42,351 bases of DNA from Chloroflexota bacterium (GTDB taxonomy: Bacteria; Chloroflexota; Chloroflexia; QHBQ01): contig JAYUUN010000056.1 in the NCBI GenBank assembly GCA_043754535.1, forward strand, positions 1-42,351. Direction: 5' to 3'. Within the stretch, counting starts at the first letter, position 1, and each line of letters opens with the position of its first letter. The translations under genes and the position numbers were made by a program. A model generated the notes under the pieces. The model was not told the DNA's origin. It made no database searches and saw only the letters and a list, made by a program, of their open reading frames with translations. This document shows positions 1 to 8,647 of the stretch, piece after piece.

Positions 1-164
1 AGGGCCACGCTCGCGCCGCCGTGCAGGTAGCCGAACGGCTGGTGGTGGGCTGTAGTGACTGGCATGGTCGCCACCACACGCTGAGCGGTCATCTCGGTGA
101 TCTTCATGCCCAGGGTAGTCGCCAGCCCTGCCTGTACATCCAGTTCAGGTTGGTTGCTCATCAT
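1..164 (-). CDS. PaaI/MenI-like hotdog-fold thioesterase (3' end runs off the window)
   Basis: Manual translation from ATG at 164 gives MMSNQPELDVQAGLATTLGMKITEMTAQRVVATMPVTTAHHQPFGYLHGGASVAL, which contains the QPFGxLHGG hotdog thioesterase motif. AAGGAG RBS upstream. Not in the ORF track. Confidence 0.85.
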   Translation of the reverse strand, partial: MMSNQPELDVQAGLATTLGMKITEMTAQRVVATMPVTTAHHQPFGYLHGGASVA

Positions 165-612
165 GCCTCTCCTTGAAGACGGCCAGGATTTGGCTGGTAG
201 CGGGGATGCCGCGCTCGTAGAAGGCGATCCTGCCATCGGCTGCGATGCCTACTACCGTGCGGTTGACGGAGGGCTGGCCCTGCCAGGTGGTCAGCGCATC
301 GTAGTCGCCCGCCACCTTCAGGCCCTCGTCTACCAGCAGCGGGGTGGTCAGGCTATGGTTGGCGACGAAGCTGCGGTGCGACTCGGCAGTGCCAGGGTTG
401 ACCCCGAATACGGCCACGCCTGCCTGCTCGTACAGCGCGTTGTCGTCGCGGGCAGCACACATCTGTTTGGTGCAACCGGGAGTTTCGTCGGCGGGGTAGA
501 AGATAAGGACGACCGGCTGTTTGCCGCGATAGCTAGCGAGGTTAATAGCCTTGCCAGTCTGATCCTTGAGCGTAAAGGTCGGAGCTTCTTTGCCAACTTG
601 CATGAGGGACAT
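145..612 (-). CDS. bcp: Peroxiredoxin, Bcp/PrxQ type
   Basis: FYPADETPGCTKQMC gives PxxxTxxC plus a resolving Cys 5 residues later. Start moved to ATG 612 (MSLMQVGKEAP), which follows an AGGAG RBS. Confidence 0.85.
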   Translation of the reverse strand: MSLMQVGKEAPTFTLKDQTGKAINLASYRGKQPVVLIFYPADETPGCTKQMCAARDDNALYEQAGVAVFGVNPGTAESHRSFVANHSLTTPLLVDEGLKVAGDYDALTTWQGQPSVNRTVVGIAADGRIAFYERGIPATSQILAVFKERHDEQPT

Positions 613-756
613 ATGGGGCTTCTCCTGTGCGAAAGTATGTTGTGTTGTGTGAGACGGAGCTATTATAACCGATCTAAGGCTCCTGGTTCGGTAGCACCCC
701 AGGATTGTTGCAAAAGCTGCCAACGTCACTTTCTCCTTCAAGCGAGGCGCATCTGC

Positions 757-1467
757 CTACGTCCCCAGGTATGCCTTTGCTACCTGCTCGTCGGCTAGCA
801 ACTCTGCGCCAGTGCCACTGAGGGTGATGCGGCCCCGCTCCAACACGTGGGCGTAGTCCGCCAGGCGCAGAGCTTTGAGCGCATTCTGCTCGACGAGTAG
901 GATAGTGCTGCCCGCCGCCTTCAATGCAGTGACGATCTCGAACACCTGCTTGACCAGCATTGGAGCCAGCCCCATGCTAGGTTCGTCCAACAAGAGCAGG
1001 CGCGGGTGGGCCAGGAGGGCGCGGGCTATAGCCAGCATCTGCTGCTCGCCACCCGACAACTGACCGGCGGGCAGACTGCGCCGCTGGGCAAGGATGGGGA
1101 AGCGGTCGTACATCGCAGCGACGGTTGGCCCGCCACGGCGTGAGCCAGCGGCAGCCAGCCCCATCGTCAGGTTTTCGGCCACGCTCATCTGACCGAGGAT
1201 CGCGCGCCCCTCGGCCACCTGCACCAGTCCACGCGCGACGATTTGGTGCGCAGGCTGGCGGGCAATCTCTGCGCCAGCAAAGCGGATGCTGCCTCGCTGC
1301 GGCTTCAGCAGACCAGAGAGAGCGTGCATTGTCGTGGTCTTGCCTGCACCGTTTGCCCCCACGATAGCTACCACCTGCCCCTCGGCCACTGCGAAGCTGA
1401 TGCCCTTGACCGCCTCAATGCCGCCATAACTCACCACCAGGTCTTCTACTATCAGCAGGTCATTCAT
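757..1467 (-). CDS. livF: Branched-chain amino acid ABC transporter ATP-binding protein (LivF type)
   Basis: Walker A GANGAGKTT, signature LSGGEQQMLAIARAL, Walker B LLLLDEPSMGLAP, LLVEQN and C-terminal AYLG. Confidence 0.9.
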   Translation of the reverse strand: MNDLLIVEDLVVSYGGIEAVKGISFAVAEGQVVAIVGANGAGKTTTMHALSGLLKPQRGSIRFAGAEIARQPAHQIVARGLVQVAEGRAILGQMSVAENLTMGLAAAGSRRGGPTVAAMYDRFPILAQRRSLPAGQLSGGEQQMLAIARALLAHPRLLLLDEPSMGLAPMLVKQVFEIVTALKAAGSTILLVEQNALKALRLADYAHVLERGRITLSGTGAELLADEQVAKAYLGT

Positions 1468-2525
1468 CCCTCGGCGTGCCAGAGGGGTGTACCCGCGATC
1501 CCCCGCCGCCTTTGGTACTGCGTCCAGAGTGGGCGAAAGCCCAGGTGCGGCCAGAACTTGCTAGAGAGCGGATTGGAGTAGGTAAACCAGAGGGCGTAGC
1601 CTAGCGGTTCGTAGGCCGCCAGTTGCTCGAACACCCCTTGCACCAGCAGGCGGCCAATGCCCAGCCCACGCAGGTCGGGGCGCACGCCCACGCTGTTGAG
1701 GTAGCCATAGTTGCCATCAGGCAGGCGGTAGTTGCTCAACCAACCCGGCAGCGTCTCCACGTAGCATTCGGCCATCGCCACCACCTCACCCGCACGCTCG
1801 GCCACCACGATCACCGGCAGCCTGTCCACGTCTTCGTTCGCCCAGAGGTAGAGCAACCGCTGGCGGAACTCACGCTCCAAAGCTGGCACCATGCGGGCGA
1901 AGGGCGAGTAGGGCAGGTGGAACTCAAGTTCGCCCAGGTGTAGGCCAACCAACTCCTCTGCGTCTTGCTGCTGAGCCAGGCGGGTCGTCACCCCAGCAGG
2001 GGCGGGTCGCTGGCTGGCGGGCAGTGGTTCCAGGCCGCGCACGGCCAGGATGTTGTCAGGCGCGAACCCAGCTACCTTCAACTGCGACTCCACCCAGTGG
2101 TCGCTACTAAGCCAGGTGATCAGTTCGCCCTCGGTCTGCTGCCCCTGCCACTGGCGGTCGAGGGCGGCCAGCAGCGCACTGAAGGCGGCCTGCGCCTCTG
2201 GAGCAAGGCTGGGCGGCAGAAAGAGTTGGCGTACCAGGCCAGTGCGGGGAGCGTAAAACGCGCTCATCTCCTGCTCCTCGCTGAACTGCCAGAGGGCAGT
2301 GACAGCGCAACCAACCACGCGCCCGCCGCCAGTGCGGGCCACCAGCACCGGCTGGCCGCTGGCAACCCCGTCGCGTAGCATCTGGGCAATCTGGGCGGGG
2401 TTACGGGGGCCAGCCAGGTGGTTGTCGAGGGCGAAGAAGCGGTGGTCCTGTTTGGCAATCAGTGCGCTGAGGTCGTCGCTGACCGCGCGCAGTGGCTCAA
2501 CTTTGATCGAGATCTGTGTCACCAT
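1464..2525 (-). CDS. GNAT family N-acetyltransferase (probably two GNAT-like domains)
   Basis: C-terminal VGVRPDLRGLGIGRLL acetyl-CoA motif and FWPHLGF. Start set at ATG 2525 because a promoter lies at 2575-2603. Confidence 0.75.
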   Translation of the reverse strand: MVTQISIKVEPLRAVSDDLSALIAKQDHRFFALDNHLAGPRNPAQIAQMLRDGVASGQPVLVARTGGGRVVGCAVTALWQFSEEQEMSAFYAPRTGLVRQLFLPPSLAPEAQAAFSALLAALDRQWQGQQTEGELITWLSSDHWVESQLKVAGFAPDNILAVRGLEPLPASQRPAPAGVTTRLAQQQDAEELVGLHLGELEFHLPYSPFARMVPALEREFRQRLLYLWANEDVDRLPVIVVAERAGEVVAMAECYVETLPGWLSNYRLPDGNYGYLNSVGVRPDLRGLGIGRLLVQGVFEQLAAYEPLGYALWFTYSNPLSSKFWPHLGFRPLWTQYQRRRGIAGTPLWHAEG

Positions 2526-2574
2526 GCGTGTTTTGTCCCTGTACTTTGGCGTTACAGTGGGGCTGTCTGCGCTG

Positions 2575-2603
2575 ATTGTAGCACGAAGCCCGCTGAGGGG
2601 CAA
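2575..2603 (-). promoter_or_regulatory. sigma70-type promoter for GNAT-livF
   Basis: TTGCCC-N17-TACAAT on the minus strand, with TG extension. Confidence 0.55.
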
Positions 2604-2660
2604 GCGGCCCTGAGATGGGGTGACTACTAGCGGATCACGGCAGTTAATGGGGTGCGAAAG

Positions 2661-2705
2661 CGGGTAAGCGCATGGTGTAGAGAGTGTCTACTGCCCGCTT
2701 ACCCG
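2661..2705 (-). terminator. Hairpin downstream of the MMPL gene, possible terminator
   Basis: 10-bp stem CGGGTAAGCG/CGCTTACCCG with inner GTAGA/TCTAC stem. Only a short U tract on the minus strand. Confidence 0.4.
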
Positions 2706-2735
2706 TGCTGTTGGTTGCGCCAATCTGTCGGCTGG

Positions 2736-5063
2736 CTACTGCGCGCTCATCTCCGGCTGACCGCCTACCTTGACGCTGCTGGGTTGGGCTGCTGGCACTT
2801 CTTCCTTCTCACCGAGGCCGAGGCGGTTGTAGAGCGCGGTTAGTGGCGCAGGCGACCACCAGTTGTACTTGCCCATCAGCCGCATCGTTGCAGGGACGAG
2901 TAGCAGGCGTACGAGGGTGGCATCTACCAGGATGGCGAGGGCAAGACCGACCCCGATCTGCTTGATGAACAGGATTTCGCCAGTGGCAAACGCCCCAATC
3001 ACCACGACCAGCAGCAGAGCCGCACTGGTGATGATCGCTCCTGTCTTCTGCACACCGAGGGCGACGGCGGCGGTGTTATCGCCACTGCGGTCGTAGTTCT
3101 CCTTAATGCGCGAGAGCAGGAACACCTCATAGTCCATGGAGAGACCAAAGGCGATTGCAAAGATCAGCACCATCTGGGTCGCGTCTATGGTGCCGTTTGG
3201 TGTGTAGTTGAGCAGTTCGGTAAAGCGGCCATCCTGGAAGACCCAAACCAGCGCGCCAAAGCAGACCGAGAGCGAGAGGATGTTGAGCAACACAGCCTTG
3301 AGCGGCACGAACAGACTGCCGAGCATCAAAAAGAGGATGACGAAGATGACCAGGATGATGAAGCCGAGCGCAAGCGGGATGTGGCTTTCGAGGCTGGCGA
3401 GCAGGTCAACCAGGTAGGCAGGCGAGCCACCCACCTGCGTGCTGAGACCAGCAATTGGAGGGAGGGCGCGTAGGTCGGCCACCAGTTGGCGGCTACTCTG
3501 GTCGGTGTACTTGCCGTCGTAGATGATGCTGACCAGGCTGTAGTTATCCTTCGCGTAGCGGGCTGCCGCCGTCGCTGCTGGCTCTGCCAGGGGCGACTGT
3601 GTGCCAATCGAGGCGTAGAAGCCACTGATTGCCTCTTTGCTGGCAAGGCGTGGGTCAACCGTCACCAGGCTCTCCACCTGACGTACTCCCGACACCGCCT
3701 TGAGTGCAGTAGTGTAGTCGTAGAGGCTGGCGAGGCTGGCGGGGCTGGTGGCGGCTGCGTCGCTGCGAACTACGATCTGGATTGGGGCGGTTTCGTTGGC
3801 CGGGAAGTCCCTTTGCAGTGCGTCAAAGACTACGCGGCTTTCGGCCTTGACTGGCAGGCTGTCCGGGCCAGGGGTCGAGTAGCTGGCCCGCAGGAAGGGG
3901 CTACCCATGAACAGTAGCAGGCCAAGCGTGACAACCAGGATCGCCGTTGGATAGCGCATCACGAACGCACTGCTCTTGTACCAAAAGCCGTGTGGCGCAT
4001 CACTCTGGCTAGCAGTAGCACTTTGGCGACGAAAGAGGCGGTTGAGCGAGAGGGCATTGACACGGGGGCCAAGCACGGCAAGCAGGGCTGGCAGTACGGT
4101 TAGCGAGGCAAGGACGGCCACGATCACGGCTGCGGCACTGCCTGTACTCATGCTGCGGAGGAACATGATCGGGAACACTTGCAGACTGAGCAGGCTGAGA
4201 GCGACCGTCAGGCCGCTGAACAGCACGGTGCGCCCAGCAGTCTGCATCGTGCGGACGAGGGCGGCACGCACATCCCCTTGCTGGCGGCTCAGCTCCTCAC
4301 GAAAGCGGCTGATCATGAACAGGCTGTAGTCTATCGCCAGGCCCAAACCAAGCATCGTGATTACGTTGATCGCGAACACCGAAACATCAGTGAACTCGGT
4401 TAGCACCCGCACCAGCAGGAACGCGCCGAGGATCGCCAACCCACCTATCGCGAGCGGGAGCGTGGCGGCTACCAGGCTGCCGAAGATGAGCAGCAACAGC
4501 AGAGCGACCAGCGGGAAGGTGTAGAGTTCAGCCTGGCCCAGGTCCTTCTCCACCTGGGCCGAAATCTCCTCGTTGATTGGCGCGGTGCCACCCAGCCGCA
4601 CCTCTAGCCGCTCGCTCTTGAGTTGCTGGCGCAGGGTGGGTAGCAGCTTGAGTGCTTTGCCCAGCCCCCCTTCGATGTTGACTACAGCGTAGGTGCTACG
4701 CTTGTCAGCGGAGAGCAGTTGGGGTGCGCCAGTCTCATAGTAGCTGGTGATTGTGCCAACCCCCGGCTGGCCCTGTACTTTGGCGAGGGTAGCGGCTACT
4801 GCCTGTTGGTAGAGCGGGTCGCTAACGGTCAGGCCGTCCTTTGCGCTGAACAGGACGATCAGCGGTGTTTGGTTGTGGCCCATCTCTTTGGCGATCATGC
4901 CAGCTACCTTGCTCGACTCGCTGCCAGGGTCATCGAAGCCGCCGCCCTTCAGCTTGCCAAACACGCTGCTGCCATATACCCCACTCAGCACCATGAACAA
5001 GACTGCAGCGACGAGGACGGCCCAGCGGCGGTGGTAGATGAAGCGGGCGAGGGTGGCAAACAT
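2736..5063 (-). CDS. MMPL family (RND superfamily) transporter
   Basis: Two repeats of TM bundles with GLGLAIDYSLF and FGLSMDYEVFLLSRIKE motifs. Start at ATG 5063 (MFATLARFIYHRRWAVL). Confidence 0.92.
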   Translation of the reverse strand: MFATLARFIYHRRWAVLVAAVLFMVLSGVYGSSVFGKLKGGGFDDPGSESSKVAGMIAKEMGHNQTPLIVLFSAKDGLTVSDPLYQQAVAATLAKVQGQPGVGTITSYYETGAPQLLSADKRSTYAVVNIEGGLGKALKLLPTLRQQLKSERLEVRLGGTAPINEEISAQVEKDLGQAELYTFPLVALLLLLIFGSLVAATLPLAIGGLAILGAFLLVRVLTEFTDVSVFAINVITMLGLGLAIDYSLFMISRFREELSRQQGDVRAALVRTMQTAGRTVLFSGLTVALSLLSLQVFPIMFLRSMSTGSAAAVIVAVLASLTVLPALLAVLGPRVNALSLNRLFRRQSATASQSDAPHGFWYKSSAFVMRYPTAILVVTLGLLLFMGSPFLRASYSTPGPDSLPVKAESRVVFDALQRDFPANETAPIQIVVRSDAAATSPASLASLYDYTTALKAVSGVRQVESLVTVDPRLASKEAISGFYASIGTQSPLAEPAATAAARYAKDNYSLVSIIYDGKYTDQSSRQLVADLRALPPIAGLSTQVGGSPAYLVDLLASLESHIPLALGFIILVIFVILFLMLGSLFVPLKAVLLNILSLSVCFGALVWVFQDGRFTELLNYTPNGTIDATQMVLIFAIAFGLSMDYEVFLLSRIKENYDRSGDNTAAVALGVQKTGAIITSAALLLVVVIGAFATGEILFIKQIGVGLALAILVDATLVRLLLVPATMRLMGKYNWWSPAPLTALYNRLGLGEKEEVPAAQPSSVKVGGQPEMSAQ

Positions 5064-5104
5064 GATCGATCCCTTTCTGTTGCTAGTGCAAGAAGCTGCG
5101 CCCA

Positions 5105-5779
5105 TCACAGGGCGTTGGTTTTGTTTGGTAAAGGTCGCAAACCCTGAACCGTCATCGCCATCATCTCGTGGGCGACGGCCTGGGCGCGTTCGGGGGGCAT
5201 CATCTGCGGCATGGTGATCGCCAGCGAGACGATCCCGTGCATCATGCTCCAAAGTAGGCTGGCGTAGATTTCGCTGTCGCCCGGCTTCATCGCCCCTACT
5301 GCTATGGCGTTCTGGATCGAGGTGGCAAGGCCAGTCAGCACTGCTATGCGGGGTGCGATCTCGCCTGGCAGGGGGTGCAACATATAGTCGCTGCGCTGCA
5401 TAAACATCACGCGATAGTAGGTAGGCTGAGTGAGGCCGAAGCTGAGGTAAGCCTGGCCGAGGTTGATCAGGCAGGTTACTGGCTCGTCGCTGCTGGCCTC
5501 CGCTGCGTGCATCTGCTGCTCGAACTTGGCGAAGCCCTCATCCAACACGGCATGAAGTAGCTCGGCTTTGTCCTTGTAGTAGAGGTATATGGTGGTGGGT
5601 GTGTAGCCAATCCGCTCCGCTACTTGGCGCAGCGAAAACTGCTCGTAATCCTGGCTAGCTAGCAGTTCAGTGGCAGCATGGAGTATTCGCTCACGTAGCT
5701 CTAGCTTCCCTTGCTTGCGCCGCTCGATACTGCCCATCTTTGTGCGCTCGTCTCTGGTAGGTTGCTCTTTGATCTCCAT
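5105..5779 (-). CDS. TetR/AcrR family transcriptional regulator
   Basis: HTH FSLRQVAERIGYTPTTIYLYYKDKAELL and a WHG-like C-terminus (LWSMMHGIVSL). Directly upstream of the MMPL gene. Confidence 0.9.
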   Translation of the reverse strand: MEIKEQPTRDERTKMGSIERRKQGKLELRERILHAATELLASQDYEQFSLRQVAERIGYTPTTIYLYYKDKAELLHAVLDEGFAKFEQQMHAAEASSDEPVTCLINLGQAYLSFGLTQPTYYRVMFMQRSDYMLHPLPGEIAPRIAVLTGLATSIQNAIAVGAMKPGDSEIYASLLWSMMHGIVSLAITMPQMMPPERAQAVAHEMMAMTVQGLRPLPNKTNAL

Positions 5780-5810
5780 AGCCTCGTTAACCTGCTTACC
5801 CTAGTTAGTA

Positions 5811-5829
5811 TGCTTAACGCCGTTAAGCA
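5811..5829. promoter_or_regulatory. Candidate TetR operator (perfect 9-1-9 palindrome)
   Basis: TGCTTAACG-C-CGTTAAGCA lies over the predicted transcription start of the tetR-mmpL promoter. Confidence 0.7.
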
Positions 5830-5830
5830 G

Positions 5831-5859
5831 ATTATAGCACCTGCTCTCTACTCTGTCAA
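5831..5859 (-). promoter_or_regulatory. Consensus sigma70 promoter of tetR-mmpL
   Basis: TTGACA (5859-5854)-N17-TATAAT (5836-5831), with TG extension. Confidence 0.8.
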
Positions 5860-6020
5860 GGGTTTTGGCACAGCAGGGCAGAGCTTCGGCAAGAATAGGG
5901 CTTCCTGACTGATAGCAACGCGCAGCCTGCTAGCTGGCGGGCGGTCAGACGGCCCAGGGTAGCGGCCCCCTTTCTATATGCAACCAATCACAGCAAAGTA
6001 GCCGAATATTCCACTAATCG

Positions 6021-6035
6021 TGGCACAGCCCTTGC
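6021..6035 (+). promoter_or_regulatory. Candidate sigma54 (-24/-12) promoter
   Basis: TGGCAC-AGCCC-TTGC matches TGGCAC-N5-TTGC, about 200 nt upstream of the co-oriented CmpX-like gene. Confidence 0.5.
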
Positions 6036-6232
6036 CTTATGGCTCCTTGTCAGAACACCAGCGGCAAGCACTGGGTACAGCTTCGTGGATGCTGTGGCTG
6101 CCCGTGCCGCTCGCTACGGCTAATCCGACTCGCACAACGATGTGATTGTGAGCATGGCAGTGTACAACCGTCCAGGCTGCCTACGCTCCTGACCAAACCT
6201 CATCCAAAACGTACGCTCAGAGGAGAAACACA

Positions 6233-7837
6233 GTGGAGACGTTCCTTAACTTTCTGACCGCCTGGCTGCTGCCTTTCGCGCAGTCCAGCGGCCAAGCCGT
6301 AAACACCGGCAACTACAGCTTTGACAGCTTCATGAACCAGGACTTTCTGCCCTTCCTGCCGAAGCTGGCGGTGGCAATCATCATCCTCCTGGTCGGCTGG
6401 ATCATCGCCCGCGTGCTGCGTGGGGTGGTTGCGACTGCACTGAACCGCACTGGCATTGGCGCACGCATTGCGCGAGCGGCTGGCGCAAAGGATGCAGCCC
6501 AGGCTGCCCAGGGTGAGCGAGCGATTGCTTCAATCGTCTATTACCTGATCATCCTGATCGCCCTCGTCCTTGCCCTCAGTGCGCTTGGCCTCAACCAGAT
6601 TACTACCCCGCTCAACAGCCTGCTCAGCCAGTTCCTCGGCTTCCTGCCCAACCTGATTGCGGCGATCATCCTCGGCTTCATCGCCTACATCATTGCTACT
6701 ATCGTGCGCCTGCTTGTCCTCAACGCCCTATCTGCGGCGGGGGCAGACAACCGTCTGGCTAAGGCCACTGGCGGCTCTGGGGCAGTGCCGATCAGCAAGA
6801 CGATTAGCGATGTAGTCTTCTACCTGATCCTGCTTCTTTTCCTGCCTGCCATCCTGGCCGCCCTCGGTCTCGTCACTGCGCTCAAGCCAGTTAGCGACTT
6901 CGTAGGCAACATCGTCGGGGCGTTGCCGAACATCCTACAAGCCGCGATCATCCTGCTGATCGCCTACTTCATTGCGATCATCGTGCAGCGCATCGTTGTT
7001 GGTGTCCTCCAGAGCGTGGGCTTCGACCGCTTGCCCTCTACCCTCGGCCTCGACCGCACCCGCACTGGCCGCGCCGCTGCTGATGCTGCGCGCGAGGCAG
7101 GCGAAGGCGCACAGCAGGCGGGTCAGCAGCTAGCCAGCGACGCACAAGCCGCCGCTAGCGAAGCGACCCGCGCAGCAGCCCAGAAGCTGCAAGAGAACAA
7201 CCCTGGCGGCACCGTCACGGGTGGAACTAGCGGCACCAGCAGCGTAACCATCCGCAACAGCGGTGGCACCAGCAGCACCGGCGGCAGCACCAGCGGTAGC
7301 ACTGGCAGCAACGCTGGCAGCAGCATCGGTCGTACTCTCAGCCCGACGGCAGCTGGTGGCAATACCCCTGGCACCAGTGCCTCCGAACTGGTAGGCTATG
7401 TTGTTCTCGGCGGCATTCTGCTCTTTGCGGCAACCCAGGCTGCGACCGTGCTGGGCTTTACCGGCCTCGCTGCGGTGCTAACCCAGGCTACCGCCCTCTT
7501 TGGCAACGTCTTGCTGGCCGCAGTACTGCTAGCACTCGGTATCTTCTTCGCCAACCTGGCGGGTGAGTTGATCGAGAACACTGGCGCACCACAGTCGCGC
7601 ACGCTGGCTACTTTCGCTCGCGTTGCTATCCTCGTCCTGGTCGGCACCATCGCCTTGCGCCAGTTGAGCCTGGGCAGTGACATCGTGAACCTTGCCTTCG
7701 GCCTCGGCTTCGGCGCAATTGCGGTCGCCTTCGCCATTTCCTTCGGCCTCGGTGGTCGGCTGCCCGCCGAACGCTTCCTGGAGGAGTACCGCCAGTCGCT
7801 CAAGCGCAACGATAACCAGCCACCAACCCAGCAGTAG
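6233..7837 (+). CDS. CmpX-like / MscS-related membrane protein with repeated conserved TM helices
   Basis: Repeated FLPKLAVAIIILLVGWIIA / FLPNLIAAIILG / ALPNILQAAIIL units and a C-terminal AFAISFGLGGR motif. GTG start after AGGAG. Confidence 0.8.
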   Translation: METFLNFLTAWLLPFAQSSGQAVNTGNYSFDSFMNQDFLPFLPKLAVAIIILLVGWIIARVLRGVVATALNRTGIGARIARAAGAKDAAQAAQGERAIASIVYYLIILIALVLALSALGLNQITTPLNSLLSQFLGFLPNLIAAIILGFIAYIIATIVRLLVLNALSAAGADNRLAKATGGSGAVPISKTISDVVFYLILLLFLPAILAALGLVTALKPVSDFVGNIVGALPNILQAAIILLIAYFIAIIVQRIVVGVLQSVGFDRLPSTLGLDRTRTGRAAADAAREAGEGAQQAGQQLASDAQAAASEATRAAAQKLQENNPGGTVTGGTSGTSSVTIRNSGGTSSTGGSTSGSTGSNAGSSIGRTLSPTAAGGNTPGTSASELVGYVVLGGILLFAATQAATVLGFTGLAAVLTQATALFGNVLLAAVLLALGIFFANLAGELIENTGAPQSRTLATFARVAILVLVGTIALRQLSLGSDIVNLAFGLGFGAIAVAFAISFGLGGRLPAERFLEEYRQSLKRNDNQPPTQQ

Positions 7838-7866
7838 GCTAGAGCCAGTCCAGTTCTATCCGCAGG

Positions 7867-7900
7867 GGGCGCATTCACGGAATGCGCCCTCTTTCTTTTT
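7867..7900 (+). terminator. Rho-independent terminator
   Basis: GGGCGCATTC-ACG-GAATGCGCCC followed by TCTTTCTTTTT. Confidence 0.8.
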
Positions 7901-7959
7901 AGCCTCCGCAGGGTGTTAAAGCCACCTCCCCCTGTAGTGGACAGCCCCAAGCAACCACA

Positions 7960-8012
7960 GGGTAGCAAGCCAAATCCCTTCTACTTCGGTGGGGAGATTT
8001 GGCTTGCTACCC
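7960..8012 (+). repeat. Long inverted repeat capped by a cUUCGg loop
   Basis: Perfect 17-bp arms GGGTAGCAAGCCAAATC / GATTTGGCTTGCTACCC, with a GU-containing inner stem and C-TTCG-G loop. Confidence 0.7.
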
Positions 8013-8071
8013 CGAACCTTGCGCTGCACTGCTGTATAGTATGGTTGAAGGTTGCAACCGAGGAGAAAACG

Positions 8072-8635
8072 ATGAGTGGAACAGATGAGCAGGCAGCGAT
8101 TGCCCAGCTCAAGCGGGGCGAGATAGCAGGGCTGTCGCTGCTGGTAATGCGCTACGAGGATCAGGCGGTGCGTGCCGCCTACCTCGTTTGCCACGACCTG
8201 GCCGTAGCCGAAGATGTGGTGCAGGACGCATTCCTGCGCGCCTACGAAAAGATCGCCCAATTCGACCAGAGCCGACCCTTTGCCCCCTGGTTCTTGCGGA
8301 GCGTGGTAAATGCTGCCCTGCGAGCAGCAACCCGCCAGAGCCGCCAGGTGGATGACACGGACGATAGGCTGGCCGCCAGCATCAGCCACGACCCCCAGCC
8401 CGACGATCTGCTGGCCGCCGCCGAGACGAAGGAGGCAGTCTGGGCCGCCCTCGACCGCCTCTCACTACAGCAAAGGGCTGCTGTAGTTCTGCGCTACTAC
8501 CTCGACCTGAGCGAAGCGGAGATGGCCGCACAACTGGCCGTCCCCCCTGGCACTGTCGAGCGGCGGCTGCACGATGCCCGCCTACGCCTGCGCCAGCTTC
8601 TACCTGCCTGGCTACAGCCAACCGTCAAAGAATAG
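8072..8635 (+). CDS. ECF RNA polymerase sigma factor (sigma70 family), copy 1
   Basis: Region 2 AEDVVQDAFLRAY...FAPWFLRSVVN and region 4 QRAAVVLRYYLDLSEAEMA...GTVERRLHDAR. Start at ATG 8072 after GAGGAG. Confidence 0.9.
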   Translation: MSGTDEQAAIAQLKRGEIAGLSLLVMRYEDQAVRAAYLVCHDLAVAEDVVQDAFLRAYEKIAQFDQSRPFAPWFLRSVVNAALRAATRQSRQVDDTDDRLAASISHDPQPDDLLAAAETKEAVWAALDRLSLQQRAAVVLRYYLDLSEAEMAAQLAVPPGTVERRLHDARLRLRQLLPAWLQPTVKE

Positions 8636-8647
8636 AAGGAGAAAGCA

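Noticed and set aside
634..650. ATGTTGTGT tract similar to the metY leader linker
   Set aside because: No accompanying hairpin or periodicity; probably a generic A/C-rich 5' UTR.
97..798. 233-aa plus-strand ORF
   Set aside because: Antisense shadow of the peroxiredoxin and thioesterase genes; no recognisable motif.
5064..5252. N-terminal extension of the MMPL ORF overlapping tetR
   Set aside because: Overlaps the tetR coding region; the family-typical start with an RBS is at 5063.
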